From assembly GCF_009914755.1 (NCBI RefSeq), contig NC_060939.1: 64,000 nucleotides of DNA. One strand, given 5' to 3'. The position numbers and the translations under genes were made by a program. The notes beneath the pieces are model-generated. The model made no database searches. It had not been told where the DNA came from and saw nothing but the letters and a program-made list of their open reading frames with translations. Of the stretch, positions 27,870-39,629 are shown one piece after another. This DNA is from the human T2T-CHM13v2.0 reference genome, Homo sapiens. Within the stretch, counting starts at the first letter, position 1; the number at the start of each line of letters is the position of its first letter.

Positions 27870-29077
27870 TCAGTCTTCAGCAGCTAAGCCGAGAAGATCT
27901 GGGAAGGAGTCAGTCAGAGAGCCTTGGGCCAGAGTTCCAGGGGCTCTGGGAGTGGCTGCCAGGTGAGTTGAACAGTCCGATTTTCAGTGGGGTCCCACAC
28001 AGATGGGACGTGGCTTAGGAGGAATCCCAGGCTGCGGGCATTCCTTGGCCCAGTGGCCAGATTTCCGGCATGTGTAGCAAGCTCCTTGGGGAGGAACTTG
28101 CTGGCTGCTGGAGGAACGCCTGGCTGCTACAGTTCAGGCGTTTGGAAGTTCTTGTGTGCTGGAGATGTGGCTGGGGTTTGTCTCACAGTGGAGGCAAGGA
28201 ATTGCAACTTTTTTCTGTTATTGCACACCTTGAAGGTGAGGTTAATTAAGTCCTGTTGTGGGGTTTGAGGGCCAGATTCCAGTTTTTGGAGTTTTATTTA
28301 ATGTCGGGAGCAGATTGGGTAATAAAATGTGTATTAAGACGGCCTTTTGACCTTTTAGGGTCTAGGGCTGTAAAGTGTCTCAGGGTTGCTGCCGAACGAG
28401 CCATGAACTGGGCTGGATTTTTATATTTGATGAAAAAGAGCCTAAACGCTATCTGATTTGGGATAAAGAAAAAGGAGCATTAACCTTGACTCTGCCTTTA
28501 GCTCCAGCCACCTTTTTAAGAATAAATTGCTGGCAGGTGGGGGAGGGCTAGTCACGGAATGAAACTGTAAGCCAGACCCGGTGTGAGGAGGGGAGGCGAT
28601 AAAAAGATTATAGGGTGGAGGAGCGGAGGCTGTGGAAGAATTGGGACCTAGCTAGGCCTGTCGAGGAGGGGAGAGGTCAGATGGGTCTGTAGAAAAGGAA
28701 GATTAGAAAGACTCAGTGACGCTTGAGGTTGGTACTGAGGGGACAGGCGGGAGGGAAAGAAGGAAGATTTGGGACGAGTTGCACTGGGCACAGAGACTAG
28801 GAAGGGACTGATGTGTAAAAGAATGCCTGGACGTCAGGCACCTCAGACCATTTGCCCATTTTACAAGAATTATTTAGATCTTGTAGGATGGAAAAATTGA
28901 AAGTGCCGTTTTCTGGCTATTTGGAACCACTGTTGAGTTTGTATTGGGGTCAAGCGGCATTGCAGAAGAAATAAGACGCTTAGATTTTAGGTCAGGTGAG
29001 AATTGAAGAGGTTTTAAGTTCTTAAGAATACAGGCTAAGGGAGAAGAAAGAGGAATGGAAGGTGGAAGCTTGCCCAT
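27870..29077 (-). pseudogene. gag: HERV-H gag remnant (frameshifted)
   Basis: ORF 28874..29077 begins MGKLPPSIPLSSPLACILKNLKPLQ (Gag N-terminus). Zinc knuckle [14 protein letters not shown] at 28038-28079. Ends DLLGLAAED* at 27870-27872. Confidence 0.85.
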
Positions 29078-29160
29078 AGTGAAGGAGGCAAGCCCAGAGA
29101 AAAGAGTAGAGACACGGAGAAGGGGTGGGGGTTTCTTCCCCTCCAGAAAAGCAGAGAAAG

Positions 29161-29400
29161 GGTTGGGACACGGAAATAAGGGATTGGGGCACAGAGATAA
29201 GAGGTCAGGGTGTGGAAATAAGGGATTGGGGTGCAGAGATAAGAGGTTGGGGTGCGGAAATAAGTGATTGGGGCGCAGAGATAAGAGGTTGGGGTGCAGA
29301 AATAAGTGATTGGGGTGCAGAGATAAGAGGTTGGGGTGCGGAAATAAGCAATTGGGGCACAGAGATAAGAGGTTGGGGTGCGGAAATAAGCGATTGGGGG
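29161..29400. repeat. 42-bp tandem repeat (two 21-bp half-units), 5 full copies plus a partial copy, in the HERV-H leader
   Basis: Units start at 29161, 29203, 29245, 29287, 29329 and 29371. The + frame translates as a WGAEIRG/WGAEISD repeat. Confidence 0.93.
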
Positions 29401-29412
29401 TTCTTGCCCCCT

Positions 29413-29570
29413 AGGAAAGCGGGACTTGCCGCTAAGGGTGAAGGAGAAGGGGTTGAGGGGTACTTGCCCCTGCCCCAGGAAAGCGGGACTTGCCGCTAAG
29501 GGTGAAGGAGAAGGGGTTGAGGGGTACTTGCCCCTGCCCCAGGAAAGCGGGACTTGCCGCTAAGGGTGAA
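29413..29570. repeat. 64-bp perfect tandem repeat, ~2.5 copies, in the HERV-H leader
   Basis: aggaaagcgggacttgccgctaagggtgaaggagaaggggttgaggggtacttgcccctgcccc at 29413 and 29477; the first 30 nt recur at 29541. Confidence 0.95.
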
Positions 29571-29846
29571 AGACCAAGGCAGGCGTTCCTGCATGGTCTG
29601 ACACCCTTGAAACGTGAGTGTATCATCAGAGAGGCGTCCCTGCAATGATTAAACACCAAGGGAAGGCTGCCTTCCCAGTCCGTGACCGGCGCCGGAGTTT
29701 TGGGTTCACGGATAAAACATGTCTCTTTTGTCTCTACCAGAAAATGAAAGGAATTGAAATTAAGAGAAGGGAGAGATTGAAGAGTGGAAAGGAGAAAGTG
29801 GTTGAGGGACAGTGAGAGAGGTTGGAGAAGAGAGTAAGAAGAGGCC

Positions 29847-29855
29847 GCTTACCTG
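29847..29855 (-). promoter_or_regulatory. HERV-H major 5' splice donor
   Basis: Minus strand CAG|GTAAGC about 145 nt after the 5' LTR, at the expected leader position. GT is at 29852-29851. Confidence 0.85.
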
Positions 29856-29978
29856 ATTTAAAATTGGTGAGATGTTCCTTGGGCTGGTCGGTCTGAGGAC
29901 CTGAGGTCATAGGTGGATCTTTCTCACGGAGCAAAGAACAGGAGTACAGGGGCTTGATCTCCCAAGGGAGGTCCCCCG

Positions 29979-29996
29979 ATCCGAGTCACGGCACCA
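29979..29996 (-). other. Primer-binding site complementary to the tRNA-His 3' end
   Basis: Minus strand TGGTGCCGTGACTCGGAT (18 nt), starting 2 nt after the 5' LTR. Confidence 0.95.
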
Positions 29997-29998
29997 AA

Positions 29999-30451
29999 TT
30001 TCATGTGCGTCCATGTGAAGAGACCACCAAACAGGCTTTGTGTGAGCAACATGGCTGTTTATTTCACCTGGGTGCAGGCGGGCTGAGTCCGAAAAGAGAG
30101 TCAGCGAAGGGAGATAAGGGTGGGGCCGTTTTATAGGATTTGGGTAGGTAAAGGAAAATTACAGTCAAAGGGGGTTTGTTCTCTGGCAGGTAGGAGTGGG
30201 GGTCGCAAGGTGCTCAGTGGGGGAGCTTTTTGAGCCAGGATGAGCCAGGAAAAGGACTTTCACAAGGTAATGTCATCAGTTAAGGCAAGGACCGGCCATT
30301 TACAGTTCTTTTGGCGTGGAATGTCATCAGTTAAGGTGGGGCAGGGCATATTCACTTCTTTTGTGATTCTTTAGTTACTTCAGGCCATCTGGGCGCATAC
30401 GTGCAGGTCACAGGGGATGCGATGGCTTGGCTTGGGCTCAGAGGCCTGATA
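29999..30451 (-). promoter_or_regulatory. HERV-H 5' LTR (LTR7), promoter; TATA box at 30129-30135
   Basis: Minus strand reads TATCAGGCCTCTGAGCCCAAGCCAAGCC...CCTATAAAACGGCCCC...CATGAAA and is followed by the PBS. Confidence 0.96.
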
Positions 30452-32277
30452 TCCATAGCTTCCAGTTTTCAGGTTCACCTGTGTTTCTCTGCTTTGAAAG
30501 TATTGCCATTTTCTCTGGTACTTTTGAACTGAGGCCACTTGTAGAATTCAGTGTTTTCCTTCCTGTAAATAGCACATTGGCGTAAGAGAGGAGGAAGAGG
30601 AAATGTATCTTTATTCTAATGAAATGGGTAAAAGCTGGCTTTTACTTTTAGCCAAAACACTCAACTGTGGCCACGTGAGGATTGCCTTCCTCATCTGTGT
30701 AAACGTCCTGTGCTACTGAGTGAACCAGCCCTGGACATCATGATGATTTTTCTTTATTGGTCCCTACCTCTTTGTGGGGATCACCCTGCGATACCCACCG
30801 GCTGCTGTTTTGTCAGACTATTTGGGACAAACTTTGCCTTCGTGGACTTCTGGGGCTACGTCACCAGGCTTTCTATCCTGCCTGTCATGATAAGCCTTTA
30901 ATTATGCCAGTCCTGCCCTGCAGTGTATAGTAACTGTGGCATTGTTATGTAGCTTTGATTTGTTTACAAAATGCTGTTTGATGTTTTAAAGTGTACTCCC
31001 CACTTCCTTTGAGAGTGATTGTCTTATCACACCACCATAAGTGAGCACTTGGAATGAATTCCCCTTCCCCTTGGGAATGTCACCTTATCAGACACTCCCA
31101 TGTGTGTGAGCTACTGACCTCAACTAGTGGATTTCAAAATACATACATATTTAAGAGTTTGACAGGCCCTTTGAGAGATCAGTTCATGGCAGGGCTACTA
31201 CACTCTGTGGGCCAGTCACTTCTCAGAACACCAGAACTCAGGCTGTGGCAGACCTAGGGGCCCTGAAGCCTCGCCTACCACCACCGGCACTGATCTCTGG
31301 CATGAAGACTTTAGGGGTCCTAGCTGTGGTGGTCAAGCCAGCTTCTCCTGAGAACCACTGCTGTAAAGGTACACCTCAATCTTTAATTAGAATTCACTTT
31401 CCACAGAGGCCTGTGGCCTTCCTAATTGAGCAACTAGACCTTAATAATTTTGGAACTCCCTCACTATGTCGTTGGTGTTCCTCATTTACTGAGTGTATTC
31501 CTTGTAGGATTTCTTCGTGTTATTCTCCTTCTCATTAAGCACTGTGAACCTAGAAGAAAAATCCCTTTGTTTGGCAATAAGCTGCACGATTCATGAAGTT
31601 TTCATCATCTCTTTATTTCCACCGTATGCAACAAGCAAGCTTCAGGCTTGCAGTGATTCAGAACCTAGAGCAGTGAAAGATGCATTGTGAGATGGGGGAT
31701 GCATTCTTGTAAGCTTGTCCGTCTCCAGAAATCTTTAAACAGTGAGGCCATCTCAGAGCTTCTCTACCTCATATTCCAAGAAAGGTCCCTCCACTATTAT
31801 ATTTTACCGAGGGTCAATATGAGATCTATTCTCCAGTAAGCATTTGACCTATGAGAGGTCAGAATGATTTTTCACCTAAGCTGTTTCTTTGCTTCTCTTT
31901 CTCTCTTCCCCTTGGCTTCTTCATGTTTGCTTGCTTGGGTCCCTTCTTTTTTCTTTCTCTCATTGATCGTGCTGCTCTGCAGTAAAGTCTCAAATGGAGT
32001 ATTCTGTTAGCCATTCAGCAGGTCAACGTATGTTGTAGGATGTATGATGCATTTTTCATTAGACCTTGTGAAAATTTAAATGCCAATATGAATTTTTTTG
32101 TTCATTGAAGTAGTGAATGAGAGGAAAGAAACATACTGCTCATTTTCCCTCCTCACCAAAAGCCCATGAAATAGGAGAGTGTGGATAATGAATACTGGAA
32201 TAGAAAGCTAGTAGATGCAGTTTCGTCGAAAGTTCCATCTTAGCAGAGAACATTTCAGGAGGTCCCTACCTATACAG

Positions 32278-32497
32278 CAAAGGTCAGCAAACTATGCCTA
32301 GCAGATTAAATTTTCCTGCCTTCTACCTGTTTTTGTAAATAAAATGCTGTAGGAATGCAGCCAGACCTATAAGTTTATGCATTGTCTATGACTGCATTCA
32401 CCGAAAACTGAGTAGTTGCAACAGAGACCACATGGCCTGAAACTTCTAAAATATGCACTACCTGGCTTTTTAACAGAAAATTTTTGCCAACCCTTAG
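32278..32497 (+). mobile_element. MER58A (hAT-Charlie MITE)
   Basis: ggtcagcaaactat...cctgtttttgtaaataaa...gagtagttgcaacagagacc...tttgccaaccc. Confidence 0.8.
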
Positions 32498-34005
32498 AAT
32501 GTAGAAAAAGAACGATCGAAGCCTCCTACAATACTTTTTTTTTGCACTGGAGTAAATGAAATATTTGGAAACGACTAAATTAGATATACTCTTGTTGGGA
32601 GTCTGGTCTTTACGTGCGTGGAGTAAAACACCAAGATAAACCATACAAGTGTATGTATGTATGTTTAATTTTATTTAAGGACCATTTGCATGATCCATAT
32701 TTCTTGGTAAATTGTGATCCTGAAACACAAGGACACCATACTATCTGTAACCTGACTGTGATCACGTCTGTCAAACACTTGCCACTCATGTATTTGTCAA
32801 ATAGACATCCTTTGAATGAGTGTTCTCTGTGAAGAAAATCATTTAATAAACCTCCAATTCTTTAGGTCCAGCTCATTGGAAATGGAGATCACGAAGCAGT
32901 GTGATATGTACTTGGTAGTATTTTCAATGTGGACCCATTAAATCCCTCCACTTCTGGACACTGAACAGGGATTTTGATTTCTTAGTGAACAACTGCCTGC
33001 TTTTCAATGTGTTTGTTGCATCTTTTTGTCTTCTCTTTATTTTACTAACTCCAACTTTCTGGCATTTTTAAAAAGAAGTTAACAATTTTTCTTAAGGAAT
33101 AGTTTTTGTATAATTGCTTTAGCAACCAAAGCACCTTTCATTATTTTAGAAACAATCCATTTCCCATGATAAAGCTCTGCTTCCTCTTAGTCAACATATT
33201 CAATATAGCAGCTGCTTTCCCTGCTATCCCCTGGCACAGGCGTGCCAACCTTCTTTGCCACTTACCTGGCAACATTTGTTGACACAAATAGTGGCAGATT
33301 TAACCAAAGTCTTGCCAATACTTGCCTGGTGCCAGATTTGTAATCATGCATTATTTGGGGGGGCTACTCCAGCTGTTTCCAAAGGGAGAGAATAAAGGAG
33401 TTTTCTTTCTTTCTGAAAAAACAACTCTCCATTGGCAGAAAGAAGATGGCTGAGTGAACTCCCACTTGCTGAATGGCATCCACACCTCTGGGAAATTTTA
33501 AACCAAGGAAGCTTAAATCGGCCAAAATTCTTTGAACCTATGTCTGCAGTCCAAGAACATTTACTTAAACATGTCTAGATTACACATGCTTTCACACAAT
33601 ATAGGGTTTGATGGATACATGGAATTTTAGTTAATGGAAAGAAGTGGTCCTAATATTTTTGAGTGTTCATTTTGAGCCCACTCTCCATATGTGTCATCTT
33701 ATTTAATACTCATCCATATGTGTTATTTATTTACTGCTCATGATTGCCCTGGTAGGAAACCACCCTATAGGGAGTTTACAGATGAGGAAACTGAGGCATA
33801 CAGAGGCCAATCATGTTTATAGAGGTAGAAGGAGGCTGACTCTCCTCATTAGGATCCCCAAGAAATTGCGAGTGGGAGTAAACTGGGTGCAAGTGTGCAA
33901 CTCCAACAAGCTTCTATCTCCACATAAGCAACATTTTAGATGAGATACTCTCTCCCAAAGAAATTGCAAGTGTTAGCAACCTGGGTGCAAGTGTACAGCA
34001 AAATT

Positions 34006-34111
34006 CTCTGGTTTGCTCATTTGGTGATATGTAGACTTACATATCACCATGTAAGCCCAGACTTACATATCACCATGTAAGCCTACATATCACCAAATGA
34101 GCAAACCAGAG
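34006..34111. repeat. Nested inverted repeat: perfect 29-bp arms enclosing a 26-bp tandem duplication
   Basis: 34006-34034 is the exact reverse complement of 34083-34111. agacttacatatcaccatgtaagcc occurs at 34033 and 34059. Confidence 0.97.
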
Positions 34112-34419
34112 TGTGAAGCCTAGGAATGATTTCAGGACCATCCTTCCCACTTTTGTTGACATTCAGAGAGATCTTTGACCACATGGTTAAGCCTTCATCT
34201 CACATCTCTCTCTCCTACTCCATCTCATTGTCCATACCTTAAATTGAATCTCATCAACCTCATCCCTGGATCACTGACTGCCATCACCTTCTATGGGCCT
34301 CCTTGCTCCAGCCTGGGCATCTGGAAATTCATTGCCTGCACTGGAATAGGAATGATGTGTCTAAAGATATTCTGATTATATTCTATCCTGTTGAAAGTTA
34401 TTTGATGGCTCCCATTGAC

Positions 34420-34600
34420 CAAGGTCTTCTTAACCCAACACACAAGGTCCTTTACAATCTGGATCCACTTCCCTGGGCTAGTTGTTTTCTTGTCTGTCTC
34501 CTGTGCTAGACAGCAAGACAGCAAATGCTGTAGCCAGGCATTCTCAGCACCTGGACTGGTGCCTGACACCTAGATGATGCCCAATAAATAGTTGCTGAAT
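34420..34600 (+). mobile_element. LINE-2 3' end
   Basis: ctggtgcctgacacctagatgatgcccaataaatagttgctgaat resembles the L2 terminus. Confidence 0.6.
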
Positions 34601-36460
34601 ACATAAGTATGTTCTTAGTCAAAAGATTCTATCAAAATTGATTACAACTTCATATTTAAGGTTTATAATGCAAAATAAACTTTGAGCTAATTTTGGTGTT
34701 AGAATCCAAATGGAATATTTTCAGAGCCTATTATTTTCCAAAATTGTTTGCAAGTTAGCAATTAAGCTACTAATACAAATATTCATATCATTGCTCATAC
34801 TCCACTGAGCTCTTCTCAAACACTAAGGGAAAGTTAATTTCAAGGCACATGGCTGATACTGAAGTGAATAAATTATATCTTTTTTATTATCTAAATAAAA
34901 GCCAATGGGTTTTTTGTTTGTTTTTGTTTGTTGTTGTTGTTTGCCGAAAGAGTTACACATTATCCCTGCTTTGCACAAACAAAGTTAAGGTTGTTTATTC
35001 AGAGGCAAGATTTGGCAGTGAGGGGAGAAAATGGCTTTGGCTAACTCAGTTTAACTGACTTAAACTTGAGCACTGGCAGCTCCCACCCCTATAGAAAAAC
35101 TCCCAAAGCTGTTCTTAACTGGCCCCACAAATCTAGTAGGAAAAGGATTTGCTGATGAAAAACATCTGCCTTAGGGTATAGTGAAGATTCCACAGAAAGT
35201 TACACTTTCCACGCTGCGACCTTATATGAATTTTCTCTACTAATCTTTATCTGGGGGAAAACCCTTGAAATCCTCCCTCCCAGTTTCATCATCAGCTTTT
35301 TACATACCTTCTCTCCTTGGCAGAAGCAAATACACTGTCTTGTTGGAAAGAACAGAAAAGCTATTGAAGACCATTCATTTAACCCCCACGCTGTCATTGC
35401 CCTATGACCTGAAAAGCTGAGTCACTTTAGAAGCAAATATAGAAAATGCCATAAAAAAGGATCTATACTCATTGTAAGACTACAGAAACACATGCCAAGG
35501 TTTATTTGAATAAATATAGATGTAGCATGTTTGATAATTTTGAATTTTTTGATTCATATAGAAGAGAGATGTTTGAATGAGTCAAACTCAGTTCCCATAT
35601 TCTTCCAGCCATATAACCAGTCTAACAGAAGACCACACCTATTGACATTAAAGATCAATAAAGTTACCAAAATAAACCCATCCAATGCCAGAAAGAAAGA
35701 AAGAAATACAGACAAATATAGATAGGGAGATAGATTATTTGAATATCAGATTAAAATTTAGAATCCACAATTTCTAAGATGGAGAATTTAGGTTTCACAA
35801 GAAATTAAGACTGAAAAACTATTAATGAAGAAAGATGAATTATGCAGTTAAGGTGGCCCACGCTATGTACACCTATTGAAGAAGCCTCATGTTCTTACTA
35901 CATCTTGCAAAAAGGAGCGCTTCACTCTGGTGATCATATTCTACACCCCCGCTCCCTTGGTAGGGAAGAAATCTAATTTGACTGTGTGCTTAGGCATGTG
36001 GTGTTTATGGGAAAAGTTGTGTGTGTGGCTGTGCACTTAACTACTCAGGAGGGATCTGCAGTATGATTGAAATTTCAGAAGGCTTTCCTACTTCTGAATT
36101 CCAAGAAACCAAAACAGTCAACTGGATGAATCTACTTACAAGCCCAGAAAAGCAATGAGGCATTTTCATATCACAAAAGTAGGGTAAATTTTCCATTGTT
36201 GCCATGAATTATTTAAGAGATGCTTGCCATACCCTGAGAAGATGATCTAGTTCCTCTCCTAAATAGGCAGTTGCCCTTTAAAGGGAAAAAAAATGAAGCA
36301 AATTTGATTAGAAATAAATGAAAACCAATCAATAAGTTTTCAGTCTGACAACTTGCCCGCTCTCCCTGCCTTCAAAGTCAGGGATAGTGAGATAGTATCT
36401 AAGTTATCCTGTACAGATATTGTACTGCACCTAATAAACACCATGAAAGCTGAATTTTCT

Positions 36461-37259
<799 letters not shown>

Positions 37260-39629
37260 GAAAGTTGAATTTTCTAACTCAATCTCGATTATCTACATAT
37301 ACGAGATGTATAAAAATACAAATTTTCATAACCATTTTTTAATCATTTACTATTTACAAAGTCCTGGTTTCTGTTGAATTTTAGAAATGTAAGATTTCTA
37401 TTTGCTAGTGAGTTGGAGTCCAAAATAATTGCAGAGACAAATCCTTTGAAGTTCAGTTCTATAATAATCTTTGGCCTCAACGTCGTCCTGTTGCACTGAG
37501 ATGGAATTGACAGGACAAAAGGAAGAAGGAAGAAAGACTGTAGCCCTGTGCAGTTATGACTTCAATTCCTCGTTTCGCTAGTTGGCATGGTGAGTGAGAA
37601 TTTCTTCCACGCCTTGCTATCCCTGGGGTAGAATATAGGCATGCAAAAGCTGGGATACCATTGATGAGAGCTGTTTCATAAGTTTGGCACCCACTAGCAC
37701 CTTTTTCCCAGTCCAGGGACTTGGATAATTATCTTGGTTCATGGTGGGTGGTATCTCACTAACACATTGTTCTCTTGAGAGTACCATTGTTTCAGGTTTT
37801 GCAGCTAATGGTCTGGAATTTTTGGACTAATTGATTTAAATTTGTAACAGCTTCTTTGTTTGGTGTAGAAATGATTGGTCTTAGCACTGTAGGGCTATTG
37901 TAGCCTTGCAACTTTACATGTTTAGAATAATTGGATTAGATTTGTAATATTCTTTTATTTTATGTGGAAACCATTGTTCTGACCACCGAAGGATCGTTGT
38001 AGCATTGCAGCCTCTTTCATGGAAACCAAACTCTTTGCTTTGCAGAGCTTCCCAAAAGTTAGTAAGCTTCACGAAGACAGGAAACAAGTCTGTTTCCTAG
38101 CTTTGCTTCATCCTCTGAGGTCTAGCCAGTATTTTCCATACGATTCCATGAGAGTTTGTTGAACTGAATCCTATATATATGTCCTTGAGTCTGATGCATA
38201 AACATGGGTAACTGTTTGCAATCATGGAAAAAAAGTAGAAATGAGAGTCTGCCAATCATTTCTGTAGCTCTGTCTTTGCTGCTTATTAGGGATGTGATCT
38301 TCAACAAATCACTGAAGCCATCTAAGTTTCACCGTTTGCACTTGTACAATGGGAGTAGTAGAAGATATTGATCTTAACAAGTTATAACAATCAAGGGTGA
38401 AAATATGTATGAGAAAGTGTGTACTTTATAAACATCCTGTACTACAGAAATCCGAAGTATAATTCTTATTAAATCTCACTTTGCTACCTGATTTTCTGAT
38501 TAGTAACACTGTGGGGTCTGAGTTTCTGAGTCAGCAGCTCCCCTGACACTCATGCCGCATTAGGACTCATTTTTCTCACCTGTGTTTGACCTCCTTATCT
38601 CTAGGTTTCTAACGTAAAGACATGGTTTCTTGATTTGTATAAATGAAAGATCATGAATTTTACATTGGATTATATATTTAAATGTTATTAAAGATTTCTT
38701 ATACTAAAAGCATAATAATTAGATGCATAGAAAGTAAACAAAGAGACTGAACATATAACTTAAATTCTAGGTGTTTTTGTTCTATTCCAGTGAGTGCCCT
38801 AATTTCTGTACTCATTGTGCACAGATTATTACCTAAGGGCCTAAAATTTGATAGGATCCGAATAATATGTGATTAGAGGGATATTGTAGCACTATGGCAG
38901 TGGGGATCAACTTGCCTAAAATGTTTCAGAGGGAGATAGTCTATATAATTGTTTCTATGTCAAGATGGGAAAAACCTACCAATGCTTCCTCACCCACATC
39001 AAGTGACCCTTTCTCCAATGGTCACTTAACCCTCTCTCCAATAAGACATTGAAGTGACCACTCCCCATTTGTATTCACAGCTTTATGTCCCACAGAAAGT
39101 TCGCTCATACCTCATTTAATGATTCACTGCACCGCTTGGTTTCTGCGCCTACTTCCCTTTCTCTAACTCACCCTCTAGAACAAGATTGTGTCACATGACG
39201 ATGCTCAACAAGGTTCAATGGTTAAATGAAGGAAGAAAACAAGAGGACTTTGGCATAAGATGCACAGCGAAGAAGAAATATATATGCTGGGCTTGCTGAA
39301 GAAGCTGTAAAAGCGAAAACAGAGCCCCAAAGGCAAGTTCGGAAGATGCTATAGAACAAGCTGTATATTGTGTGACCTCACGGCAGCTTGATTGAGGGCT
39401 TGTGGTGGTAGGCAGATAAAAATGGCTAAGATGGCCAAGTCAATACCAAGGTGGCTTCTGTAGGCACCTGGAAATTTTGAAAGGAGAAAGTTGGTAGGAC
39501 AAGATGATTTATACTATTTAATGTATGTTCTTATCCTAGGTGATGACAACAGGTGCAAGTGTGACATGGAGCAACATGAATTCAACCAGGGCAACAGAGG
39601 TGGCTTTGGAAATTGTTTGGCATTACAAA

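Larger units (their letters stand above)
24661..30451 (-). mobile_element. HERV-H provirus (LTR7-HERVH-int-LTR7), common 5.8-kb deleted form
   Basis: Two ~450-bp near-identical LTRs, exact 5-bp TSD TCCAT (24656-24660, 30452-30456), tRNA-His PBS, PPT, and gag/pro/pol remnants in the ORF track. Confidence 0.98.

Noticed and set aside
29125-29499. 124-aa + strand ORF with WGAEIRG/WGAEISD heptad repeats; array superficially CRISPR-like
   Set aside because: It is the antisense translation of the 21/42-bp HERV-H leader tandem repeat. There are no unique spacers or cas genes, and the DNA is primate.
34542-34563. REST/RE1-like ctcagcacctggactggtgcc
   Set aside because: Half-site spacing and right half are non-canonical, and it lies within an L2 remnant.
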